Counted from the first letter of the stretch, positions 1 through 12,500 are shown. The stretch is 64,000 nt of DNA from Lama guanicoe (GCA_013239625.1 MU054220.1:7351367-7415366), one strand, 5' to 3'. Made by a program: numbers and translations. Notes: generated from the letters alone by a model not told the origin.

Positions 1-36
1 TAGGTCTCTAATATGGTAGGAAGACTAATATGAAAA

Positions 37-470
37 TATCAGAGTAGGTTTGGCTGTAAGTAAACAGAAGAATAATGAACTCTTTATACTGTAAGGAATT
101 GACCACTTTACATAATAATAAAATACAGAGGAAAAGCCATTTCAGGAGTCATTAATTGAGCTGCTTATCACAATATTGAGAATGCAGATTTTCCCCCTCT
201 TCACATTTTTTCCTTCCTAAGCATATCAGCTTTGTCCTCAGGCTGCCTCGCCACAAGATGGCTGCAGCAACTCCAGGCATCAAACGCCCAACATTATCCA
301 GAAAAAGAATAAAGAATGACTCCTTCCCCGTGTTTTTCTTCATATTAGTGGGAGAACAAAAAATTCCCAGCAGCCCCTCAGCTGAAGTCTCCTCGCATCT
401 CATTGACCAAACTGTGTCACATGTCCAGACCTAACCAATCTCTGGCAATAGGCGTGGTGCAGCCAATGTT
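37..470 (-). mobile_element. Degenerate ERVL-MaLR LTR (MLT1-like)
   Basis: Motifs such as 'agctttgtcctcaggctg...cacaagatggctgcagcaactccaggcatca' and 'tctcattgaccaaactgtgtcacatg...cctaaccaatc' resemble recalled old MLT1 consensus; boundaries approximate. Confidence 0.6.
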
Positions 471-478
471 TGCTTAGA

Positions 479-801
479 CAAGAATTTAGCAAATTGTACT
501 CCAAAGGTTAGCCCACCATCTGTTTTTGTGTGCCCTGGAAGCTCAGATTCTTTTGGAAGTTTTAAATAGTTGAAAAAAAATTTAAGAATATTTTGAGACA
601 TATGAAAATTACATAAATTCAAATTTCAGTGCCCATAAATGGTTTAACTGGAACATAGCCATGCGCTTTTATTTACCTCTTATCTAGAGCAACTTTCAAG
701 CTACAGTGGCGACGTAGAGTAGTTGCAACAGGAGACCATCTGGCTGTAAAGCCTAAACTATTTACTCTCTGGCCCTTTACAGAAAAAGTTTGCCTAGTCC
801 T
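479..801. mobile_element. MER58B-like hAT-Charlie non-autonomous DNA transposon
   Basis: 'gaaaattacataaattcaaatttcagtgcccataaat...aaagcctaaactatttactctctggccctttacagaaaaagtttgcc' is the characteristic MER58 body and terminus. Confidence 0.8.
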
Positions 802-1123
802 AACGTAAGCCAAATTCTATTCATCCATTAATACTGAGTCAGCCTTTCCCAAAGCAGATGATATAGTTTTGTGATTTGGGGGAGAGAGAGATGAGAGGGA
901 CTTTTTCTGAACAAAATTTTCTAGGGAAAGAGTAAGGATGTTAAGTAGGGAACAAATAAATAAATATATGTATGTATTATCTATATCCATATATGTATAT
1001 AGCGAGAGAGGCTGCAGGAGAAAGAGAAAAAGAGATTGAAGTTCAAGTATATTTTAAGTGAATAACCCATCTTTGGTTTTATTTAAAAAAAAAATGATTA
1101 TGAAGAATGTAACCAGCGCAATC

Positions 1124-1576
1124 TGTTGTTGAGACCGAACCGAGCTTTTTGCTTACTAAGGGAAGGCCCCATCCCGCAGAAGTCCAGGAGCGTCGCTGTG
1201 TGGAGTGGTGAAGATTAAGCCAGAATGTATTGAGAACTGGAAGTCTGATTTTTAGGGGGATTTTTCAAGGTGGGAACTTGATTAGGACCCTGTAAAAATT
1301 ATGATACAGCAATCCAGGGTTGCCACGTGAGGCAGAAGAGTGGAGAAGAAGCTTAGGGGAGACTGCCATGAATGCTTTCCAGGAAAGAGCTGATGGGTCT
1401 TTGGGCAAGTTATCGTAAGGACAATGGACCTATTTGCTTCGGCAGGAGAGCCCAGAAGAAGATAGAGACGCTAATAAAGACAATGGAAGGGCAGAGTCAC
1501 GCTGCCGTTGGTCGTAAGGTATGGTCTGAGGTCTCAGTGTCCATTCCGAGTGTGGGGATAATGGCGTTGCTTCTCA
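1124..1576 (-). mobile_element. Ancient LTR relic (LTR78-like)
   Basis: 'aacttgattagga...atgatacagc...gagctgatgggtctttgggcaagtt...gcttctca' resembles the recalled LTR78 consensus; heavily diverged. Confidence 0.45.
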
Positions 1577-2344
1577 ATGTTTAGGGAGGTTTGTTGCAGA
1601 TCCATATGAGTGCGAGTGTGTGGTCTGTTGAGATGGGAGGAGTGACTGCGGTTAACTAAATTTATCTTTTTCCCACCTCACTTGCAAACTAGTTCCAATG
1701 TCCTGACATAGTGTATGCTGACTTAGCAATGATCCTGTACTAAATACAGCATCCCCACCAGCTACTCTGCCTCATGCAGTTTCCTCTGCGTCCCTTGGAG
1801 CACTGACGCATGGGTAAGGCAAGAGGCAAGGTCTGTCGACAAAGTCAGGCTATCCTCTGGGACAAGGCTAAAAGTATTATGGTTTAATTCAAAACCCACA
1901 CAGATCCATTTGTAAATAAAGGCTGTGAGATGACATCGTAATGGATAGTGCATACCTTTAAATTGATTTCCTTTTGATGTGATAAAAACATCTTCTGAAG
2001 GAGATGTTGAAACGTGGCTTTTGCTGTAAAGTAACATAATTTAGATTTTAAAATAGAAAACCTTTTGTTGGCAGTAGTTTATTTGATTCAGTGCATGTAC
2101 CAAGCTTTATTTGCTGCAGGTTATAAATTAGCTTTGAACCAGCTATAATTCATAAATCATTACTTACGACTGATTTATAGGAAATCTTATTAATTGCACC
2201 AGCAAAAAGACCTTGAAGTAAGCAAGAAGTAGATGATAAAATAACCTGGGGACTGAAAAATGGGAGGCACGCATACTGTACAATTAAGAGCAATGTATAT
2301 ACTATTTGTGTATGTTTGACTGATAGTATGTTTCTGATCACTTC

Positions 2345-2600
2345 AGTAAATCCTTACCACAACTTTGAATAATAGAGGTTATTGTTATTCCTGTCTATCA
2401 GAGGAAGAAGCTGAGTGTCCATTCACTTTATTTTTAATATGTATTAACTATTTATTATAAATTACTATTAGCCAGTGACTGTCTACATTATGTGACAGTG
2501 CTAACAAAACCCTTTTTGAGTAGGCAACAATGTTGTTTCCCTTGTACAGACGGAGAAGGTGAGTCACAGAGAGGTGAAGTCACTTTCCCAACTGCAGGGT
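2345..2600 (-). mobile_element. MIR SINE fragments
   Basis: Core-like 'tacagacggagaaggtgagtcacagagaggtgaagtcactttccca' and 'cagaggaagaagctgag'. Confidence 0.6.
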
Positions 2601-2728
2601 CATGGAGACTCAAGCAGGCGTATAACTTCCAGAAGTCTTCATCACAGCCTTCTCTCTTGACCACTGGACACGGCTGCCTTTGTTGTTTCCTATTTTAAAG
2701 GGAAAACAATAGCAAATGGCAGAGTAAG

Positions 2729-3296
2729 TGTTACCCCAGAAGGAAAGGAAAAAGACCTCAGTTCTTGTCATCCTCAAAAGATAAGATTACAGATGGGAGA
2801 CGGACAGTGTTGTGTCGTGAAAGATTTTAAAGGATTCATTTAGGAAAAGAAAGTCCATCTCCAAGAAGGGGAGGTGGGCTGATCCAAGGGGGAAAGCAGG
2901 GGTCTTTGTCTCCCCTTTCTCTTACACCCACACTTAGAGGTGGTCTCTTGATTGATTGACAGCTCTTGCCCCTGGAATGCTTAGTCATGTTCGGCCCCTT
3001 TGTGCATGTCCTTATCTACGGTGTACACAGAAAAAGACATCCCTCCCCCTGGTGGGGGGCGGGGGGAGGCTAAACTGCAATGTTAATTATATTACAATGA
3101 GCACTGGGGCCTGTCCAGTCAAGTCCTTCTTGCTACCCAGCAGTGGTGGCTGTTGGATTTTAACCAGTATTTTGCTGACACTCATTTAGAAGAGGTACAC
3201 CCCCTTTATGCTGGAGGCAGGCATACGACCATCTTCCAGATCATCCTCCCTCTCCACCTATCTGCCCAGTGCCCCCCTTTATCTAACTACCTAACA
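2729..3296 (-). mobile_element. ERV1-type solo LTR (568 bp) with 4-bp TSD TAAG
   Basis: Ends TGTTA...TAACA; TAAG at 2725-2728 and 3297-3300; reverse complement starts TGTTAGGTAGTTAGA like recalled artiodactyl LTRs. Confidence 0.85.
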
Positions 3297-4054
3297 TAAG
3301 GACTTAGCTCTTTCACATTTGTGCTATTTCCAGTCAACCAGTTATTTTGACCTGTGCTGCCAGAGACCCGAGGGTTCCAGAGAGAGTCATGGGGTGGGAA
3401 GTGGGAGGAGGAATGATGGAGCAGGGCCCTAGGACCCCAACTCTAAAAAAAATGGGTCAGTTACTGCATTAAGATTTTATGTGCCATTATTTTTTCTTTT
3501 TCCTTTTTCTTTCTTAAATTAAAAAAAATGTGTTTTGGGGAGAGGGGAGTATATAAACAAAAAAACACTAAATCACATGAATGAAAAATTTTCAGTGATC
3601 ATGATCACTGACAATTTAAATAGTATTCTACCTAAAATGGAAATATCCAAGGGTTTTTAAAGTCATGTTTAAATTCACAATGAAAGATAACTCCTAACTC
3701 AGGAGAAGCCTCCCAACCACATTGTTGTGGTCTGAATGATTGCAGTGGCTTCTGGGACAGAGGGGCTGTCCTATTTGCCTGGAATCTAGCCCTGGGATGA
3801 TGAGGGCAGAGGGATAGTGGCCCAAGAGTAGGAGCCCCTGAGAACCTGATACCGACAGTGGTTGGGATCCAGGCTTCAGACTGATTAATTTGAATATGGA
3901 AGGCCTGCCTGTGGGCCAGTCCTTTACTGTCTCCAGGAATCCCCAGGATCAGGAAGCAAAATATCAGAAAGTACAGAAAATAAAAAGCATGATTAATGCA
4001 TTGTACGCATCACTACACACATGCAAAGTGTTGGAATTAGGTATTAACTGTTTC

Positions 4055-4175
4055 GCACATTTTCAACAGTCTTTTTATTTAGTTCCTACAACATGCCAGG
4101 TACCGTGTTGTCAGTAGGCTAAAAAGAGACCCTGAGACATGGCCTCAGTCCTCAGGAAGCTCACAGCTGGTGCCG
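4055..4175 (-). mobile_element. L2 LINE 3' fragment
   Basis: 'cattttcaacagtc...atgccaggtaccgtg...gtcctcaggaagctcacag' typical L2 3' end. Confidence 0.55.
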
Positions 4176-4769
4176 GAAACAGAGCCAGGGACAGCCGTGG
4201 TACTGGATGGTGTGCAAGTCAGCCCAGAGCTGCTAAAGCCCTGGGGAAGAAAGCAAACTGGTTTGCCGCCAAAGGAAAAGTAACAACTTAGAAGGTACTG
4301 GTGAAGTTTCTTTGCTGCCATAGGGAAGGAGACAAAAACTAGCGTCTGAAGCCAGAAAGCAATCAGTGGCTTTAAACCTCATCTTCTTGAGACTCAAGTC
4401 CCTTTCTGCTGTTCTGTGACTGTGGGGATACGTTAAGGGTTGCCGATGGCAGATACTTTTTCCTAGTAAAGCATCTTCTTCTATTATTGGAAAAGAGCCT
4501 CTTCTCCGTCTTGTGTACCCTATGAAAATGTGATTGTTCACAAATGCTAATTTGCATTGAGAACCTCACTACAGGTAACAGGGTTACGTCCTAAAGAGGA
4601 GACAGCCCTTCGCTCCTCAAGACCGTGGAGGGTGGGCATGGAAGTGATGGCCAAGAGCCTCCCCATGTCTCTGGCATTGATTTCTCTCCAAAGCTCACTT
4701 GGAGCAACTGGAAGATCTTCCTCATTTGTCTCCTTGCTGCTGGTTTTTTCCAAAGCTTTTCTACCTCCC

Positions 4770-5295
4770 GTATTGGTCTAACATGACCATTCTTAAAAAC
4801 AAAGCTGATGGCAGCATTTCTTTCTATAAACAAAATGTGTCATCTACAGAATAAAATGAGAGCTCTTAAGTTTGACATACGCATCTCTCCAGTCTGGACC
4901 CGATCTCTTCCCAGCTTCTTTCTCATTCTTTTCCCTAGGCCTTCCGTTCTCCTGCCACGGGGAACTTTTTATGATTCCTTGGTGTTACGAGCATCCTTCA
5001 TGTGTTCGTGACTTGTCTCAGGCTGGTCCCTCCACTCTTCTTTCCTTTCTTTACCGACTTCATCTACAAAATCTACATCAGACGACCCTCCTCTTTGAAA
5101 ATCCCTGACTTGCCAGCATAGATTGGGTGGCTCTGACTTCAGGACCCTTGTGCCAGTGTGGTTTGGTCTCATAGCAATTATTGCTCTTCATCTATTTGCC
5201 CATCTGTCTCACCTTTTGAATTTTAATTCCCCCAAGGATGAGCATTATACTCTTTTACCTTTGTATGTCCAGTACTTAGCAAAATGTCTGGCTAA
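4770..5295 (+). mobile_element. L2 LINE fragment
   Basis: Pyrimidine-rich L2-like body ending 'tttgtatgtccagtacttagcaaaatgtctggc'. Confidence 0.55.
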
Positions 5296-5319
5296 GGGAA
5301 ACAACAAAACAATAATAGT

Positions 5320-5497
5320 AAGAATAATACTACTTATTATCTAACATTGTTGAGTTCTTTGCATAAGGAAGGCATTTTTCTAAGCTCTTTATGAATGGTA
5401 ACTAATTTTATTCTCATATCAACACTAAAGGTTATGTAATATTCTCATTCCCATTTTGTAAGTGAGACAGGATAAGTAACCTGCCCAAGGTGACACA
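5320..5497 (-). mobile_element. MIR SINE
   Basis: 'ctaacattgttgag...cccattttgtaagtgagacag...aagtaacctgcccaaggtgacaca'. Confidence 0.75.
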
Positions 5498-6134
5498 TAT
5501 AAATGCTAAATTATTGCCATAGTGACTTTTTGAATTGGAAATGGTGACCCTCTACCTTTTTTAAAAGTTTCTAAGAGATTCATCGAAGAGGCACTGTTTA
5601 CTGAGATGAGAAGTTTGGGCGAAGTCATTACACAGGCGCTCAATCCACGAATCCATGATGAACCAGTTGCGTGGTGCATATATTGGGTGATACAAGCTTC
5701 TTTGGCATTCCCTTTGTGCTGGAAGAGATGCAGAAAATGAGCTGTTTCATTCCCCTTCCCACATATCTACTCAGAATCACTAAGAGTAGGCGCATGATAC
5801 ATACAATAATCCTCTTACACTAAGATTCTTTTTTGTAAATAAACATTGTGTTTCATGGAACATGATTTAATTTGTGGTATGTCTGCCTATAGGTAGCAAT
5901 TGACTATGTTATCATGAGTTTTTGTACAGAAGAATCTCTAGAAATTTATGTATATTTGTGCATGTCACTATTTTGGCATATTTTCACAGGTACCCTATGT
6001 TAAGTTGCCAGTGTTTACAGCTGAGTTTGCCCCCAGAGGGAAGGCATTTTAACAAAATTAATTGTGAGAAATATTTTGCTTTTGCCGTCATTCTTGCAGA
6101 AGCTTTTTCATGGAGTGTTTGAGATCAGATGTCC

Positions 6135-6520
6135 TGAACCAATAAGATGAACGTCTGAGCCCTGGCTCTGTACTTACTAGCCATGTGACTTCATGCATGT
6201 TTCTTCTCCTATGATTGAATTTCTTTATCTTGAAAATGGAGGCTCTAACAGTTCCTTCCTCAGAGGACTGCTGTACAGATAAGAAAGGGGGAGAGTATGC
6301 AGCCTGTGCATTTGCAAAGGACCCCAGATTCAGACGGGCCCATGCTTGGCTTAATGCTCTGTTGTAACTGATTTGAAATTCTCAATGATTTTTAACAAGG
6401 CACCCCATATTCCCATTTTGCACTGAGCCCTGCAATTTTGTCACCATTCTTGGATGGGATTGTTTGTGAAGTCTAGCCTCTGGTGCCTAGCACAAGACTA
6501 ACTCTCAGTAAAAATGTCAG
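6135..6520 (+). mobile_element. MIR SINE interrupted by a MER45A-like element
   Basis: 'ccctggctctgtacttactagccatgtgact...tatcttgaaaatgg' upstream and 'gtgcctagcaca...ctcagtaaaaatgt' downstream of the insert. Confidence 0.65.
6290..6452 (+). mobile_element. MER45A-like hAT-Tip100 element
   Basis: 'cctgtgcatttgcaaaggacccc...gggcccatgcttggcttaatgctctg...gaaattctcaatgattttt...cattttgcactgagccctgcaa' follows the recalled MER45A consensus. Confidence 0.75.
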
Positions 6521-6910
6521 GTACTCATCATTTTGCAAGAGAGTTTTTTGTTTATTGGATATAGCCCCCAAATTTTATCCTCTGAACTTTTTCAGTCTGG
6601 TCTGGACATTGAAACCGATGGTGGGGGGCATCTCAGATGTCCCCATGCATTCAGGTCACATGTGGTTGGGAAACAGCACAGTGAGGCCCTCTACCTCATT
6701 CTTCCATTTCTCCATGATTGCACACCTGATGGAACATGGGCTGTGGATGGCTGCAGACTCAAAGTACAAAAACACTTCTCTATAAACAGGAGCCACATTG
6801 CTCAATAAAATACGTTAGATTTGTTGTTTTCTTAGTCTGAGAAATGATGGCTTTAGCTGATCCACTCTCTCACTGACAGTGACTCCAGAAAGACACGTGC
6901 AGAGATCTAA

Positions 6911-6951
6911 TACTCTTTTTCTTTTTTTTTTTCACTCTTACTGTATTGCAG
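6911..6951 (+). promoter_or_regulatory. LRRC4C: Splice acceptor of the LRRC4C terminal coding exon (polypyrimidine tract plus CAG)
   Basis: 'tactctttttcttttttttttttcactcttactgtattgcag' ends at 6951, leaving 42 nt of 5'UTR before the ATG; LRRC4C is known to have its whole CDS in the last exon. Confidence 0.85.
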
Positions 6952-6993
6952 ACTATTTGAACTCCAGAAGGACCAACACCAGATAAATTATGA

Positions 6994-8916
6994 ATGTTGA
7001 ACAAGATGACCTTACATCCACAGCAGATAATGATAGGTCCTAGGTTTAACAGGGCCTTATTTGACCCCCTGCTTGTGGTGCTGCTGGCTCTTCAACTTCT
7101 TGTGGTGGCCGGTCTGGTGCGGGCTCAAACCTGCCCTTCAGTCTGCTCCTGCAGCAACCAGTTCAGCAAAGTGATTTGCGTCCGGAAAAACCTACGTGAG
7201 GTTCCAGATGGCATCTCCACCAACACTCGGCTGCTGAACCTCCATGAGAACCAAATCCAGATCATCAAAGTGAACAGCTTCAAACATTTGAGGCACCTGG
7301 AAATCCTACAGTTGAGTAGGAATCACATTAGAACCATTGAAATTGGGGCCTTCAATGGTCTGGCAAACCTCAACACGCTGGAACTCTTTGACAATCGTCT
7401 TACCACCATCCCGAATGGAGCTTTTGTTTATCTGTCTAAACTGAAGGAGCTCTGGCTGCGAAACAACCCCATTGAAAGCATCCCTTCTTATGCTTTTAAC
7501 AGAATTCCTTCTTTGCGCCGACTAGACTTAGGGGAACTGAAAAGGCTTTCGTACATCTCAGAAGGTGCCTTTGAAGGTCTGTCCAACTTGCGGTATTTGA
7601 ACCTTGCCATGTGCAACCTCCGAGAAATCCCTAACCTCACGCCACTCATAAAACTAGATGAGTTGGATCTTTCTGGGAATCATCTGTCTGCCATCAGGCC
7701 TGGCTCTTTCCAGGGGTTGATGCACCTTCAAAAACTGTGGATGATCCAGTCCCAGATTCAAGTGATTGAACGGAATGCCTTTGATAACCTTCAGTCACTG
7801 GTGGAGATCAACCTGGCACACAACAATCTAACATTACTGCCTCATGACCTCTTCACACCCTTGCATCATCTAGAGCGGATACACTTACATCACAACCCCT
7901 GGAACTGTAACTGTGACATCCTGTGGCTCAGCTGGTGGATAAAAGACATGGCCCCCTCCAACACCGCTTGTTGTGCCCGGTGTAACACTCCTCCCAGTCT
8001 GAAAGGGAGGTACATTGGGGAGCTTGACCAGAATTATTTCACATGCTACGCTCCTGTGATTGTGGAGCCGCCAGCAGACCTGAATGTCACCGAAGGCATG
8101 GCAGCTGAGCTGAAATGTCGGGCCTCCACGTCCCTGACCTCCGTATCTTGGATTACTCCAAATGGAACAGTCATGACGCATGGGGCGTACAAAGTGCGGA
8201 TAGCCGTGCTCAGTGATGGCACGTTAAACTTCACGAATGTAACCGTGCAAGATACAGGCATGTACACCTGTATGGTGAGTAATTCTGTTGGGAATGCCAC
8301 CGCTTCAGCCACCTTGAATGTTACTGCAGCAACCACCACCCCCTTCTCTTACTTTTCAACCGTCACTGTAGAGACCATGGAACCTTCTCAGGATGAGGCG
8401 CGGACCACAGATACTAACGTGGGTCCCACTCCAGTGATTGACTGGGAGACCACCAACGTGACCACCTCTCTCACGCCACAGAGCACAAGGTCCACGGAGA
8501 AAACATTCACCATCCCCGTGACTGACATGAACAGCGGGATCCCAGGAATTGACGAGGTTATGAAGACTACCAAAATCATCATTGGCTGTTTTGTGGCCAT
8601 CACACTCATGGCTGCAGTGATGCTGGTCATTTTCTACAAGATGAGGAAGCAGCACCACCGGCAGAACCATCACGCCCCGACAAGGACTGTGGAAATCATC
8701 AATGTGGATGATGAGATTACAGGAGACACACCCATGGAAAGCCACCTGCCCATGCCTGCCATTGAGCATGAGCACCTCAATCACTATAACTCCTACAAAT
8801 CTCCCTTCAACCACACAACAACAGTTAACACAATAAATTCAATACACAGTTCAGTGCATGAACCGTTATTGATCCGAATGAACTCTAAAGACAATGTACA
8901 AGAGACTCAAATCTAA
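6994..8916 (+). CDS. LRRC4C: Leucine-rich repeat-containing protein 4C / netrin-G ligand 1 (NGL-1), 640 aa, single coding exon
   Basis: Uninterrupted ORF with long signal peptide (...[14 protein letters not shown]), LRRNT, LRRs, LRRCT (NPWNCNC), Ig domain, Thr-rich stalk, TM helix ([21 protein letters not shown]) and C-terminal PDZ ligand ETQI; recognised as NGL-1. Confidence 0.98.
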   Translation: MLNKMTLHPQQIMIGPRFNRALFDPLLVVLLALQLLVVAGLVRAQTCPSVCSCSNQFSKVICVRKNLREVPDGISTNTRLLNLHENQIQIIKVNSFKHLRHLEILQLSRNHIRTIEIGAFNGLANLNTLELFDNRLTTIPNGAFVYLSKLKELWLRNNPIESIPSYAFNRIPSLRRLDLGELKRLSYISEGAFEGLSNLRYLNLAMCNLREIPNLTPLIKLDELDLSGNHLSAIRPGSFQGLMHLQKLWMIQSQIQVIERNAFDNLQSLVEINLAHNNLTLLPHDLFTPLHHLERIHLHHNPWNCNCDILWLSWWIKDMAPSNTACCARCNTPPSLKGRYIGELDQNYFTCYAPVIVEPPADLNVTEGMAAELKCRASTSLTSVSWITPNGTVMTHGAYKVRIAVLSDGTLNFTNVTVQDTGMYTCMVSNSVGNATASATLNVTAATTTPFSYFSTVTVETMEPSQDEARTTDTNVGPTPVIDWETTNVTTSLTPQSTRSTEKTFTIPVTDMNSGIPGIDEVMKTTKIIIGCFVAITLMAAVMLVIFYKMRKQHHRQNHHAPTRTVEIINVDDEITGDTPMESHLPMPAIEHEHLNHYNSYKSPFNHTTTVNTINSIHSSVHEPLLIRMNSKDNVQETQI

Positions 8917-9056
8917 AACATTTACAGTTACAGGAAAAAAAAATCAGAAAAAAAAGAGACAGTTTATTAAAAAATGACACAAATGACTGGGCTAAATCTA
9001 CTGTTTCAAAAAAAGTGTCTTTACAAAAAAAAACAAAAAAGAAAAGAAATTTATTT

Positions 9057-9062
9057 ATTAAA
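9057..9062 (+). terminator. LRRC4C: Probable proximal polyadenylation signal ATTAAA of LRRC4C
   Basis: ATTAAA about 140 nt after the stop, followed by 'tgatgtgtatt' and 'ctgtttttg' GU/U-rich sequence; another ATTAAA at 8966-8971. Confidence 0.55.
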
Positions 9063-9590
9063 AATTCTATTGTGATCTAAAGCAGACAAAATGATGTGTA
9101 TTCCTCAGAACCTGTTTTTGCTGCACTTACTTACTGTTTTCCCACATCTCATCCCTGCCTTCCCCGACTGCCATATTTTTCATAGGAGATCTCAATTCCC
9201 TAAAGAACTGGTCTAGGAAATTTTGTAAGAATTCTGTTACACTTTGAGATTTTTATGGTGAATTCTAGTGGTGAGATCCAGTCGATTTGTCTTTCTTTTT
9301 TTTTTTCTCTTTTCTTTTCTCCCTCTCATGCCCTTATGAAGTAGTCCAATGGGGAATGCAATATTAGAAATAGATTTTTAAGAGAGAGCAAGGAAAAACT
9401 GCAAAATCTTATATTTTTCATGTAATGACCTGTTCTGTATTTATGAGGAGGACCACTGAATGGAAAAGAAAAGGAAAAAAAAATAAGCAAACAACAGATT
9501 AATTTACATATGAGCATCTATAAAACCCATGATCTTTTCAACAAATCTAGAACCAGAATTTGTAGTTCAAAAGCTAAACATAAGATTATA

Positions 9591-9596
9591 AATAAA
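9591..9596 (+). terminator. LRRC4C: Candidate distal polyadenylation signal AATAAA
   Basis: AATAAA followed by 'tattgttggtttttctgt'. Confidence 0.4.
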
Positions 9597-12500
9597 ATAT
9601 TGTTGGTTTTTCTGTACCTGGACACAGCTCATTTGTAGTCTGGCTCAAATGTCAGGAACTTGAAGGTAATGAGATTTCTTACTTTCTAAGATGATATTAC
9701 AATATTCTTCAGTCACAGCACCAGTCTCTACAGGGTCCTGTTCCATTAGTTGACTTGACTTTTCAATCTATTTTCAAAGATGCTCTAGTGTTCTTTTCCT
9801 TCTCATTAGGGTCACCCTTTGTAGAATGCTCAGATTAAAAAATAATGATTTTGTAAAGTAAATTCCACTTGAAAGGAAGTTTCAGTATAACTTATTCTCT
9901 GTCTCCTAAATAAAATTCTGCTGACTAGATGAGGTACAACCACGGGATGCAAAGGTATTCTAAATTATCCAAGTGGAAAAATCGTTTTTGGTGCTGAGTG
10001 TTAGCAAATTCAGTTCAAATCAACAGTAATCATTAAAGACCTCTGATGTTTTAAACACTGATTTAAGTGTTAGGGACACACAGTTGGCAAGACCTGGTTC
10101 CTGCATTTGAATCACTGATGATCTACATGGTATATGATTAAAGAAATGTCAGTTAACTACTAGGGGCCAGCTCTGAGTTTACTGTTAGGTGGAAGTTTGA
10201 AAACCGGGACCCTTGAGTTTCAAATTATCAGGTGATTATTACCCAAACCTCCTTGATCCTGGTTTCTCCCATCCTCCAGGAAGAGCTGATTCTCTCCTAC
10301 CAAATGCAGAGTGTACAGTTGTAAAGAAGTATGAGTATGAATTTACTATGGCAGATGGGTGCCTACCAAGAGATAGCCAGCCTAATACAGTGGTAATTCA
10401 CCAACATTTCTTCAAGGAACTGGAGAGATTTTTGGTATGAGAACATGCAGTAGCTTCCAAGTAAAAAAAAAGAACTTTCTGGTAACTGGTGCCTCAGCAT
10501 TCTCCTGATATTTTAATATAGTATGTGTCTGACTTCTCTCTTTATCTGTGTGACGCATAGTGAAAATATATACCTCTTATTACTGGTCCTTGACACCTGC
10601 CACCTCATTGGTGAGACAAGAGTTGGCCAAATTAGAGAACCCTCCAGCTCCTAATGAATGAGCAGCTTGGATACGCACACAACTCCACAGGCTTGGACCT
10701 CACACCCAGGTTTTGTGATCTCCAGGTGTGAAAAACCAGTTGTCACTAGCAAAATAGGTCAGAGATGTGGGAGAAAGAGGGAGCAAATGAACGAGACCAC
10801 ACAAGGATCTTGCCTCTTTTTTTCTGATCACCAAGTCTTTTATGGTTTTCTTCACCCTCATTTCCTACCTCCCTGTGTTAGAAACACAATTCACATTTGC
10901 TTTCACTGTGAGGAAGACTCAAGAAGAAGGAAAACACATGTTGGCTGTCATTGGTCAAGCTATTCAGTATTTAATGTATCTAATATATTTCTAAGCTACA
11001 GATCAGGTTAGAAACCAACCAATCAAACCAAAAAAAAAAACCATTCACCAAGGAATATCACGTGCTAATACAAAGAAAAGTGGTATAAATCAAGAAGGAA
11101 AAGAAGTCTGCCTTCTATACTTGGTTCGTCTTCAATGAGCTCTGCCTTTGCTAACTGTAAACCTTCTTTCATTTGAGCTTATATTTCTCGAGGAGTTAGT
11201 CCCAACACCACATTCCCCTTAACTGTGAGGGGTGGCTGAGCAGTTAGACAAATTCTACTAAAGAGAACGAAAGGTGAACTTAAACTAAACATTTAAGTAA
11301 GAAAGTCAAGCATACAATTCAGTCTCATGAGAGATTATAGTTGTCCTAATGAATACATTCCAAAAAAAATTAACTATGCATATACTGATGAAAGATTGGT
11401 TAAGCCAAATTTGACTTTTACAGTAAATTTAGAAATACTTTTGACAGAAGGTCCTCACTGCAGGTTTGGGGGTTGAAGGTTAGAGTCCTATACGTGTGTA
11501 TTTAAAGACATGAAAATGAATTCTACACTTTCATGATCAGCAGTATCTGTATTTGCTCTGCAGCATGTATTTGGCTTTGGGTGACTCCGTACAGTAGCCA
11601 CACTGATGTGTTCAAGACCATCACACAAGCGGACTTCCATGGTTCAGCAGAGAGCCCATGTGACTCTTTAAACATCTGGTATACCCTTGTAACAGAACAC
11701 AATTGTATGTCTTTGCTTTCTTAATTCTATCCAAAGGCAACCACATGGCAGTATTCTTAAATACTCATGTGCATCAAAAATATGCCATTACAATTAACCA
11801 AGTTAAAGTAACCAAATGATGATTTTAGTATATATATTTATTTTTCTTACTAAAGATACGCAGTTTACTTTGGGAAAACATCAAGAGTGCTTTTAAAAGG
11901 AAGCTTCTCCAACATTTTTTTTATTTTCTTATTCAGGAATCTTACTCTTTTATACCAGGCTATCACCTCGATCTCCTAAACTCATTTTGAATGTGTCTAA
12001 ATACATTTGTGGTGGCAAAATAGTAGAAGAATTTGGTATAATTCACACACATGGTCCCTGATGGAGCTTTAATTGTTTTACCTCATATTCTGAATATTCT
12101 GGAATCAAATATCATCTTTTCCAAAGATTGAAATAGATCATTGGAATGTTGGATTATTGGTCAATTATTGGAACATTGATCAATTCTATTTTTGATGAAG
12201 AAAATATTGCTAGTCCAGAATTGCTCTTAGGCCTTACAATCAAAGAGTTAAAAATCAGGATATTATTTGAGATTATTGAAATAATATTTGCATACTATGA
12301 AATACTGAATGTAGATCTGTTGGAAAATGACAGTGAAAGGGTTATTTACAAAAGGAAGAAGACATTTCTAGAACAGGATTTACTAAAACATGAAAAAAAT
12401 ATTAAGTGGATGGCCCCAAGGTAGTCAACATTTCCAAGGTAAATATTGATCAAGGCAAAAAAAAAAAATCCCTGCATATTTCATCCTTTTGGGATAATCG

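Noticed and set aside
7885..8814. Antisense ORFs of 80-152 aa overlapping LRRC4C
   Set aside because: Expected shadows of a GC-richer coding strand; no recognisable domain or independent signals
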